DNA of 25,796 nucleotides from Azolla caroliniana (lineage: Eukaryota; Plantae; Polypodiophyta), in contig JBHGNT010000435.1 of assembly GCA_043228905.1 (NCBI GenBank), forward strand, positions 1-25,796, read 5' to 3'. Position numbers and translations under genes: made by a program. How positions within the stretch are numbered: the first letter of the stretch is position 1; each line of letters starts with the position of its first letter. The notes under the pieces were generated by a model that was not told the DNA's origin, did no database searches, and saw only the letters and a program-made list of their open reading frames with translations. This document shows, one piece after another, positions 10,521 through 20,168 of the stretch.

Positions 10521-12535
10521 CATAACGGACGGAGGAGAGACCCCTCGACACCGGGGCCGGAGACTAAGGCGGTTGCGCTCGAATGCCAACATAAGACCGG
10601 AGAGAAGGGCGGTGGCCGTGAGGAGGCGTGGCCCGGAGCGAACATGTACGAAGATGAGGATGTGAGGCCCGGAACGGGCATGTACAAGAGGACTGACGGA
10701 GAGGTCGGGAGAGGCAAAGAGGAGAGATTCGAGAAGCAACCCGACCGGAAGGTGAACCGGTTGATAATCCGACACAACCGGAAGACGACGCGGAAGAAGA
10801 TTGGAGCAGGGTCCAATCAACCGGGCCCAAACCGAAGAAGAGCCGGCAAGGCCGGATTTGTTCAGACAAACATGTAACGGCTGATTACGATTACGGAAGG
10901 GAGCCGACAAAACCGGAACTCGATCGGCCGAGACCGATCCGGGCGAAGGCTAAGTCGGCATGATTGGAGGTCGAGGCGAACGAGCCACAACACCCGGTGG
11001 GAGCCGGTGATCACGAGAAGGAGGCCAAGCATGCGCGAGGAGTACGACTCGGTGGGAGGCCAAGAGCAAGAGGAGCCCTCCACATCTATCCTTGAGACTT
11101 TGGCGGTTGCTGATCGACATAAGACCAAAGAGACGGCGGGTGGCAGCGACGAGTCGGAAGCCGGAGCGGACGAGGATATCGAAACGGGTATCCGATACGG
11201 ATTGACGAACGAGGGGGCCCAAGACGATAAGCCGGGGTTGGAAGGGGCTACGGCAACGAAGGGAGAAAAGGCCGACGTGAAGGTCGGGACTACGACGAGA
11301 GAAGCGTGTAACACGAAGCATGCATTACGGCGTAAAACGGAGCATGCACTACGGCCGACGAAGGGCCAAGAAGCAAGCATCCACCCGGGAGTGACCGGCA
11401 ACGACGGACCAATCAAGCCTTTGAGAGGCAAGCACGCAGCAGGAGACGGAGCGGTGAGTTGCCGGGATGGGCGGATGGGAAGTGAGAGCAAAGGATGGTG
11501 GGCGGAGAACAACGGGGTACACACCGGGAAGAGAAAACGCGGCGGCTACCCGGAGGGCATGCAAGGACAAGCGGGCCAAGAGGGCGCAAGTCGAGGCGAG
11601 GCAGTAACGGGAGCCTCAAGGGACACCAACACAGAGGTCAGGATGACGGTACACTCTACGGCGAGAGAGCACGGCGGGCAAAGGAGCAGCAAGGAACGCG
11701 GAATGGGGTCACCTAAGGGTCAAAGAATGAGCGCATATTCGGGGGACAACATCGGCGCATGGGAAGAGCCTACGGAAGGCAAGCGCGGAGCGGGATGAGT
11801 CGACACACCGAGGTGTCTGGCATGCGGAGACGATAAAACCAAAGGAGTGGCACGCAAAGGGTGGAAACCGAAGTGCGATCGGAGAGATTCGGAGCGCATC
11901 CGGAGGACATACGAGGCAGACCAAGAGGGTGTACTTAGGGGCGAAGCGGCAACATCGGAGGTTGCGGAGGACACCGAAGATGAGAGCACCGACACAGATG
12001 TCGGGGAAGCAACATACCTTTTCGAAAGGGTACGCAGAGCGGAGCGGAGTACGAGACGTGCGATGTGGCCGCGTAAGGGCTGAGCGACAAGCACGAGGAT
12101 GATCGATGACAAAGTTCGGCGCATGGTAATGCCGAGTCAAGGAAGCGGCCAAAGCAAGACAAGTGTGGATGAAGAGCCCACGGTGCAATATTCGGCAAAC
12201 AGTCGGGAAGAATGAGGATTCCATCCAAGGTCGCGCGTGGTGAATGAAGGAAGACAAAGAGAGGTGTGCGAAGACTGGGTCTGGGGAACCGGGCGGAGAC
12301 AGTGGTTCGGCGAACTCCGTCGAGTATGGTGGATTGGATGGAGCCGACGGTTCGAGAGCATATGACAGATATGGCGGACCGGGAGGATACGGTGGTTGAT
12401 GTGGGATGGATGGGCTTGCTCGAAGCTGAAGACGAAGTTGGGCAAAGCTGACAAAGACACTAAGGACTACATTGAACGCCATGGCCGAAGATCTCACCTA
12501 TTTACCCTTCTTGGCACATACCGGTGGATGTGCAG

Positions 12536-12550
12536 TTTGGTGGGGGTGGA
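12536..12550 (+). promoter_or_regulatory. PPT-like G-rich tract of element A
   Basis: tttggtgggggtgga immediately before the 3' LTR. Confidence 0.7.
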
Positions 12551-13076
12551 TGTCGTGAAGATTTTCGTCCATAGGCGGAAACTGGGGTGGAAAGGGCAAG
12601 TCGGTGGTGTGCAACATGTGCACACGTGTACTAGGAAATGGTGTATAGAAATAAGAGGGGAAATTTTGTCCCACATTGTAAGGTCCCTCCCTCCTTGGGC
12701 TAAAAAAGGAAGGGAGGGGTCACTTATGAAGGGTTTCCTATTTTGCGTATGAAAGGTATACCACTTAGTGTAGAGTTCTTATTGTTTTAGGGTTAGGGTT
12801 TCGTTTAGGGTCTCCTTGTTCATCCCCGGTTAGGGTTTTCTCATAGTTTTGGTGTGGTCCATGCGGCCACCATCGTTGTAATCAATCGTTCGTTTTAATA
12901 TATCTTGTTGTGGATCTTGCTTCCATCTATTTTGGTCTATGCTTATGTGCTACTCTTCATCTTCTCATCCGGTGTGAAGCTTCCATTTCTCATATCTTAT
13001 TCTTTCTCCTCTACTCCCTAGTCCAAGATCCCCGTCGTCCCGCCCCTTCTACATGCACGCGCGTAACAACGCGACA
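12551..13076 (+). repeat. 3' LTR of element A (526 bp)
   Basis: Direct repeat of 8365-8890. Confidence 0.95.
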
Positions 13077-13266
13077 ACGTGCCGGAGTCGACGTACCACA
13101 CCTTGTCCGACTTCGGGGTGATCTTCTTCATCGAGTTTGCTTCGTGTCTCGTCATTAAGACTGACCCTTTTCCGGCTTTTCCGGATCCTTTGACGTAGTA
13201 CGATTGCTGCCGATTTCCTTTGTCGGTTTGTCCAAAACCTAATACGGATCCGGTTCTCTCCAAATC
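13077..13266 (-). pseudogene. Copia-1 fragment 3 (gag C-terminus to protease WYVDSG)
   Basis: ORF 13018-13278 (RHEANSMKKITPKSDKVWYVDSG) is collinear with 6540-6730. Confidence 0.92.
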
Positions 13267-13723
13267 TGTTAGAGACATAGACTAATGTAAGCACCAGATA
13301 AGGATAGAATAAAGATAAATAGATAGAAAGGAGAGACAGAAAGAAGGTTGCCAATCCACTTGACCACCCCTAAGCGAAGGGACCGAGACGGACTCGAGCC
13401 TCGATCGGCGTCCCATACCACCGTCATGGCGTCGAGTCGTACCTGGTGCTGGCGTGCTCGCTACAAGAGTTGACCCACCACAAGACAGAGTCTCGACGTA
13501 GTCAACAAGATAATGAAATGAGGGTAGCTAGGCCTCTTATTTATAGCGATACCCAAGGCCCCCAGCCATGTTCACACTTGGCCTAATGGGTTATCTCAAT
13601 CTCGAGGATTAAAAGTAATCCTCCCCTTCTTTACACTCTCGTTTAACCCTGACACTTATCCACGTGTATAGAATACTACGGTAAATTCTCACCACGAGAT
13701 ATTATATGGCCGTGCCCGTAACA
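13267..13723 (-). mobile_element. Solo LTR (457 bp) of an unrelated family
   Basis: TGTTA…TAACA inverted termini; TSD aaatc / gaatc; host Copia sequence (gaatcggcg) resumes after it; CTATAAATA on the minus strand near 13540. Confidence 0.85.
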
Positions 13724-13737
13724 GAATCGGCGTGCTT

Positions 13738-14778
13738 TAAAACATTGCACTCTTGCAATGGAAATTTAGGGAAGTTAGTTTTGAGAGTATTTTCGCGTTC
13801 CCATGTGGCATCTTTTATTGATTTGTCCATCCATTTTATTTTAAATTCTTGGATTTCTTTAGTACGTAATTTTTTTGTTTTAACATCGAGAATTCTTTCT
13901 GGTACATGTGGTTTAGAAGATAAATCTTTAGAAGTAACCAGAGTTTCAGTTGTAACTGTATTGTCGCCAAAACCTAGAAGTTCTTTTAAACGGCTAACTT
14001 AGTGTACTTACCCTTAGACAATGTCTTAGAATTGTGAGGTACACGTAAAAATACCTTCTGTCGAGGGTTGAATACACAAGGTTGCCTATGATGATCGGCA
14101 TAAAAACGCGCTCTATCTTGAGCTGTTTTAATATTATCTCGTGCAATATGCAACATATCTTGCATATCCCGAAGAAAGTTTTGCGTACTTCGCAATTCAT
14201 CATGAGGTATATTAACATGAATCGGGGCTCATGGCTGAAAACCATACATCAACATAAAAGGACTATATCTCGTCGACGTATGCTTGGAGCTGTTATAAGC
14301 AAACTCTAAAATTGGGAGATAACATTCCCATTTTGTTGGTTTTGTACCAACTTATGCTCGAAGCATGTCCTCAATAATTTGATTTACTCATTTTGTTTGT
14401 CCATCGGATTGAGGATGATCCATGGAGCTCATGCTCAACGTAGTTTCTAACTTCTTAAAGACTTGCGTCCGGAAGTCACTAGTAAATTTTGGATCTCAAT
14501 GACTCATGATATTCATTGGTAACCCATAAAAACGAAATAACTCGTCAACGAATTGGTAAGCCAATTCAGGAGTTGTTACCGTGGTTTTAGTAGCAATAAA
14601 TTTGGCCATTTTAGTTAGTCAATCAACCACAACCCAGATGGCATCATGATCTTTTTGGGTGCGATGAAGGCTAACAATAAAATCCATGGATATACTTTCC
14701 CACTTATTGTTGGGAATGTCCAAGGGATGTAAAAGTCTTGTGGCTTTAAGTCGCTCGGCTTTGTTAACCTAACATTAG
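13738..14778 (-). pseudogene. pol: Element C: Gypsy integrase with C-terminal chromodomain (chromovirus), disrupted
   Basis: Minus-strand translation gives VNKAERLKATRLLHPLDIPNNKWESISMDFI and PERILDVKTKKLRTKEIQEFKIKWMDKSIKDATWERE (chromodomain pattern); GPY/F segment deleted near 13998. Confidence 0.9.
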
Positions 14779-15168
14779 TGTTAGGAAACAGGTCCCTCCG
14801 GATGGGAAGTGAGAAGAACAGTGCTGATGAGAAACTCGGCCAAGGCCGACAGGCCTCGGCCGAAACCGGATGAGGAGTACCCAGCTTCGGAAGACCCGGT
14901 GAGAACCGGATGAGGAGTACCCGGCTACGGAAGACCCAGTGAGAACCAGATGAGGAGTACCCGGCAATGGAAGACCAGGTGAGAACCGGATGACGAGTAC
15001 CCGGCTAGAGCCGGATGGTGAAGGCACGGTGAGAAGTGCTCACCGGATGAAGGGACATATTCGTAAATATGTTTTCTGAGAGTCCATCGGGGCCATATTT
15101 GTAAATAGCCAAAAATTCATAAATATGACTTAGGGCAAACTTAGTGTATTGTTATTCTCGTGGGTGCG
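14779..15168. mobile_element. Truncated LTR-like insertion (fragment D) in element C
   Basis: Starts TGTTAGG where integrase homology stops; higher GC than its flanks; no matching CA end or TSD; right end joins RT directly. Confidence 0.55.
14865..15006 (+). repeat. 40-bp tandem repeat, ~3.5 copies
   Basis: accggatgaggagtacccggctncggaagacccggtgaga starting at 14865, 14905, 14945 and 14985. Confidence 0.92.
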
Positions 15169-16394
15169 AAAAAGTAATTGATTTCTTGAAGAACTCACAT
15201 TTTGAGATCTTCGCATAAAATTGTTTGTCACGCAATGTTTGTAAAACAAAGCGGACATGTTTAGCATGTTCTTGTAATGTACGACTATAAACTAAAATAT
15301 CATCCAAGAAAATAACGACAAATTTTCCAAGTTGTTCTCGGAAGATGTCATTCATTTCTTGTTGAAATGTAGCCGGAGCATTGGTCAAACCAAAAGGCAT
15401 AACCAGAAACTCATAATGGCCATACCGCGTACGAAATGCCGTTTTAGGAACATCGTCCTCACTTATACGAATTTGATGGTAGCCAGAACGGAGATTAAGT
15501 TTCATAAAATACCGAGCTCCCTGGAGACGGTCAATTAGATCGTCAACCCGGGGCAATGGATACGAATTCTTGATCATCACTTTATTCAAGCGTCGGTAAT
15601 TAATACACATACGCCATGTGCCCTCTTTCTTTTTAACCAAGAGAACTGGTGCACCCCATGGAGATTTACTATAACGTATATAACCCATTCGTAAATAGTC
15701 CTTGAGTTGCTTAGATACCTCATCCTCTTTGGATCGACTTAAGCGATAAGGAAGTATACTTATTGGTGCAACGCCAAGTACAATATCTATACGATGGTCT
15801 ATATTACGTTTAGGAGGTAACTCATCTGGTAGTTCACTCGGAAAAACATCACGAAAATCATTGAAGATTTCATCAAGTTGTTGTTAGTCAACATATGTTA
15901 AGTGAACCAAGACATTATCGATATTGTAAACGTGAATGTCCGGATCAAGTACACAATAAAATAGAGTAGAACAAGACAACTCAAATATTGATGGACATGA
16001 GGAAACAATCGAGAGGGATTGTTTTTTGACACATTGAATAAAATGAGTACAGTCATTCAGTACAAATGTAATTGAATGATGAACCCAATCAATAGATAAA
16101 GAAGAGCTTTTATTATAGAACCAGGAATAACCCAGTATTACATCGGTGGTACAAAGATTCATTACATGGAAATCTACTTCCTCTATATAAGTGTCAATAG
16201 AAATTCCTAATGAATGAATCGCCCTATTGATGTATTGTACTCTTCCATCAGCCAAGTGCACCGTGTAGGTGTGATCACTTATGGTCGGTTGGATTCCCCA
16301 TATCTAAACCAAACGATCATTGACAAAGTTGTGTTAGCTTCCCGAATCAAATAAAAATTGTACGGGAGATCCATTGATATACCCGTTTGCACGT
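15169..16394 (-). pseudogene. pol: Element C: Gypsy protease and reverse transcriptase, disrupted
   Basis: Protease FLFDSGS; [56 protein letters not shown]; RNase H missing. Confidence 0.93.
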
Positions 16395-16973
16395 TGTCGT
16401 GAAGAAAACCGGCCGTAGGCGCAATCGGACAAAAGGGCGCATGAACTAGCTCTTACACGGATGGACGCGTGAATTGATATTTTGATAATGATTCATAAAT
16501 GGATCGGTTGATGTAAATACTAAGTAGTACACATTTATTAGGAGGATGGTGCGTATCTCTGTCAAAAGGGACAAGGAATAAAGCGATTTGACAAGGGGAA
16601 AAGGGCACCCCTTTTTGGGGAACCACTTAAGGAGAGGAGAGGAGGAAGACAAGACATCGCGCATTAGGGAGGACGAAGTGCTGCAGGACCGAGTGCCGAA
16701 CTCTCTCTCCTCCTCCGACCGTCATTCTCTGTGGGTGCTTGGAGTTCGACGCCTCTACTTCGTGGGTAGCCCGTGCGCTGCCAGCAGAGGCTCTCCCTTC
16801 TACGTTTCTCTGGGTCCAGTGTGTTCCGTCTGTGTGCGTGAGTAGGGTCCCCCGTGTCGGGCCCATCGCCGGCTTGCTGGATGTAACCGTTGGAGTTTGT
16901 AATCTCTTGTTATTGTAATTAAGTGTTCTGTTCTTTATCTCTCCTTCTCGCTTCTCGCTTCGGCGTGTCTGCG

Positions 16974-17014
<41 letters not shown>

Positions 17015-17077
17015 CCTTGGTTCAAGGCCCCCGTGGTCCCGCCCCTTTCTACACGCGAAGTGCATGATAATACGACA
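16395..17077 (+). repeat. 5' LTR of element B (683 bp), contains (TC)18 at 16976-17011
   Basis: tgtcgtg…tacgaca; roughly 93% identical to 19006-19651. Confidence 0.93.
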
Positions 17078-17081
17078 TATT

Positions 17082-17098
17082 TGGTGACCCGACGTGAA
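17082..17098 (+). promoter_or_regulatory. tRNA-Trp PBS of element B (1-nt deletion)
   Basis: TGGTGACCCGACGTGAA, 4 nt after the LTR; near-identical to the PBS of A. Confidence 0.82.
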
Positions 17099-17120
17099 AG
17101 GGCGGCAAAGGAGTCGAAAG

Positions 17121-19005
17121 ATGAGGGGATTAGAGCTAACAGAGGATATGGCAATAGCCGTCGACTGCCTGGTAAGCGCTCGTGAGGGGACGGGTACTTC
17201 GACAGAGCCATTGAATCGATCGTCGGCACTATAGGCCGGTTCGGAGGGAAAGACGCCACAAGTTATTTGGAGGCTTACCGGGCCGAAATGATCATGAGGG
17301 ATATCCCGGTGGATAGGCGGTTGTCCGGATTCCCTCGGGTGGTGACGCCGGGCATCCACACGGAGTTGCTCGAGGTGCTGGCCGGATGCCAGACTTGGGA
17401 GGAGTTCGAGATGCAGCTCCTCGAGAAGTACGGGTTTGACGACTCGCTTCGGCTGTCGAGGCGGGACTTCATGGTGTGGGTGGAAAGCCCCGGAAAAAGG
17501 AGGAACACGTCGGTGCTCCTCCAGGAGTTCGAAAAACGGTTCGCGCGGTTGTCGACGTTGTACCGGATGGTGCTCGAAACGAATCGAGTACTACTGTTTG
17601 TCAAGTCGGTGGACGCGCTCGACAGGGAAAAGGTGGGTCCCTTATTGGAAACGGACAAAGGGCTCACGGTAGACTGGGTCGTGGTAAAATGGGTCTGCAG
17701 TCGTTTCGACAAACAACGCGATTGGAGCGACGGAAACTCGTCGGGGTCAGGGCCGGTCCCCAGAGGAGGCTCGAAGAGCCGATATCGGTGTCGGCTGATA
17801 GGAAGGAAGAGACCCAAATCTGGCCAAAGTCGGGGTCGGCATCGAAGGACATGGTCAGAGGCCCATCCGGAGGAGCGGCTCTGGAGGAGCTGACACAAAT
17901 GGTGCGCGACCTGCAGATCGCACAGGCCTGGAGAGACATCGACGAACAACCTCGCGACTGGAGGCCGCCAGCTGGGCAGCAGTGCATGTGGTGTGACGCG
18001 ATCGGTCACATTCGGAAGGATTGCACGGATTTCGCTGACGCGCTCAGGACCAACGTGGTGTACCTCTGGAATGGGCGGGTGCACGCGAGCTAGACCCGAA
18101 GAGCCCTAGAACTAAATACGGGGTGCGGTGGAATGAAGAGGTTGATGGAAGAGGTCGCGGCACGACACGTTGAAGCCATTAACTACTCAGTCTTGGCGGG
18201 AATTCGGGTCGGGGGTGATGAGACCTGGAAGGGAAAGGACTCCGGATTTATGCCGCTAGTGCTAGAAGGCCTCTCCGGAGTTCGGCTGAAGAAGGAAGAG
18301 GCGGACCGCGCGGAGTAGAGGGTCCAGGAGGTCACCGGTTGGGACGATCCAGTCGAAGAGAAAACGGGCTTTGTAGAAGCCGCTTGCCAAAACTACGAGG
18401 TTCTAGTGGAGGACAAACGAGCAGGAAAGGCCGGAGGGGTTGGTCCCCCGCAGAGGTATGAGACCCGGTTCGGACCGAAACCGACCGGTGCTGGCAACCC
18501 AGGCGCGCCGGACGGAAAGAAGTAGGCAGGGTTTCGGTTGAGCACCGAAATCGAAAGGACCACAGACCTGCGAAAGGTCCTGGAGGAACGTATCCTCGAC
18601 AGTAAAGTGGAGTTGCCATTGCGGAAGGTGTTGGGAATCGCCAAGAGGGAGTTCCACGACTCCATTGTAGACTTGGTGAAGCGGAAGAGGATCTCGACGG
18701 AGCCGGAACCGGAGAAGCCATTGGAGGTGCGGACCACGCACTTGGAAGACGCGGCCCTAGAAGATGACTTGGCGGAAAGCCACTACACGAAGCCGCATTG
18801 GGCCAGGGCAACTACGGCAACCCCTGTACGGATTGGCAACGTTCCGGAACCGGTGGTGGCCTTGGTAGACCATGGATCCGAAATCAACCTGATGTCCATG
18901 GATTTCTACAAGAGGGGTAAATGGCCGATCAACACCAAGCATGGCTGGAAAATACGGGTAGCGACGCACGCCACAGAAGAACTACATGGAGCTTGTCCGA
19001 ACGTA
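17121..19005 (+). pseudogene. gag: Element B gag and aspartic protease, disrupted
   Basis: Capsid-like ORF 17267; CCHC knuckle CMWCDAIGHIRKDC (17983-18024); protease ALVDHGSEINLMS; frameshift near 17760 and several stops. Confidence 0.88.
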
Positions 19006-19651
19006 CGGTCGTAGGCGTAATCGGACAAAAGGGCGCATGAACCGGCTCTTACACGGATGGATGCGTGAATTGATATTTTGATAATGATTCATAAATGGAT
19101 CGGCTGATGTAAATACTTAGTACACATTTATTAGGGGGATTGTGCATATCTCTATTAGAAGGGACAGGGAATAAAGCGATTTGACTAGGGGAAAAGGGCA
19201 CCCCTTTTTTGGGGAACTATTTAAGGAGAGGAGAGGAGGAAGAGAAGACATCGCGCGTTAGGGAGGACGAAGTGCTGCAGGACTGAGTGCCGAACTCTCT
19301 CTCCTCCTTCGACCGTCATTCTCTGTGGGTGCTGGGAGTTCAACGCCTCTGCTTCGTGGGTAGCCCGTGCGCTGCCAGCAAGAGGCTTTTCCTTCTGCGT
19401 CTCTCTGGGTCCAGTGTGTTCCGTCTGTGTGCGTGAGTAGGGTCCCCCATGTCGGGCCCATCGCCGGCTGGCCAGTTGTAACCATCGGAGTTTGTAATCT
19501 CTTGTTATTGTAATTAAGTGTTCTGTTCTTTATCTCTCCTTCTCGCTTCTGCATGTCTGCGAATCTCTCTCTCTCTCTCTCTCCCGCTCCTCGGTTCAAG
19601 GCCCTCGTGGTCCCGCCCCTTTCTACATGCGAAGTGTGTGACAACACGACA
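19006..19651 (+). repeat. 3' LTR of element B lacking its first ~15 bp; (TC)10 at 19564-19583
   Basis: Homology to the 5' LTR starts at 5' LTR position 16410; protease joins it directly; no PPT. Confidence 0.9.
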
Positions 19652-19655
19652 ACGT

Positions 19656-19917
19656 AGTAAATCAAATTATTGAGGACATGCTTCGAGCATACATTGGTGC
19701 AAAACTAACAAAATGGGAACGTTATCTCCCAATTTTGGAGTTTGCTTATAACAACTCCAAGCATACGTCGACGGGATATAGTCCTTTTATGTTGATATAT
19801 GGTTTTCAGCCACGAGCCCCGATTGATGTTAATATACATCATGATGAGTTGCGAAGTACGCAAAACTTTCTTCGGGATATGCAAGATATGTTGCATATTG
19901 CACGAGATAATATAAAA
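19656..19917 (+). pseudogene. Gypsy integrase fragment, inverted relative to element C
   Basis: VNQIIEDMLRAYIGAKLTKWERYLPILEFAYNNSKH…; reverse complement of ~14128-14388 with about 13 differences. Confidence 0.9.
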
Positions 19918-20168
19918 GGGTAAAAGCATGCGAGTGGAAACACTATTATAGCTAATTAGCTACTAAAATGGCCATAGCTAATTAGCTATTTGTTTAGCTA
20001 GTCTTTTTTGTGGGAAAATCAAATATTTGAAAAACTAATTTATGAAAAAACTCAAATATTTGAACTTCTGTTTCAGACGTAGTGGAACTTGGGGAATATC
20101 ACCATCATCTAAGGTCGACTTCAATGTCATCAATTTCCTGTTTAGCCTAAGTCTGATTTTGAACGCAG

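Larger units (their letters stand above)
8928..12752 (+). pseudogene. Gag-capsid-like domain fused to a long low-complexity acidic/Gly-rich tail; one frame with 7 internal stops
   Basis: ORFs at 8928, 9171, 9510, 11007, 11847 and 12396 share one frame and the gaps between them are open apart from single stops. N-terminus (RFNGNEVPKFLGAYKAEM…KVLLFLK…EWVC) aligns with B gag (RFGGKDATSYLEAYRAEM…RVLLFVK…KWVC). Confidence 0.75.
8365..13076 (+). mobile_element. Element A: non-autonomous (pol-less) Gypsy-type LTR retrotransposon, tRNA-Trp primed
   Basis: 526-bp LTRs, PBS, PPT, 4-bp TSD acgt (8361-8364 / 13077-13080); gag-like N-terminus homologous to element B; no PR, RT, RH or INT motifs seen. Confidence 0.92.
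16395..19651 (+). mobile_element. Element B: tRNA-Trp-primed Gypsy-type LTR retrotransposon with gag and protease; RT/RH/INT deleted
   Basis: LTRs 16395-17077 and 19006-19651; TSD acgt (16391-16394 / 19652-19655); PBS; gag, zinc knuckle and protease. Confidence 0.92.

Noticed and set aside
9718-12497. Long minus-strand ORFs inside element A (e.g. 9890-10489, 10862-11524, 11709-12497) as antisense genes
   Set aside because: Ser/Pro/Leu-rich shadows of the GC-rich, purine-skewed plus-strand frame, with no recognisable motifs.
14865-15006. CRISPR-like 40-bp repeats
   Set aside because: Head-to-tail tandem units without unique spacers.
16627-17359. Minus-strand ORFs with ERERER runs
   Set aside because: Translation of the LTR (TC)n microsatellite.
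19941-19945. CACTA pentamer as an En/Spm terminus
   Set aside because: The break in integrase homology is at 19918, 23 bp earlier. A lone 5-mer is expected by chance and no partner end is visible.
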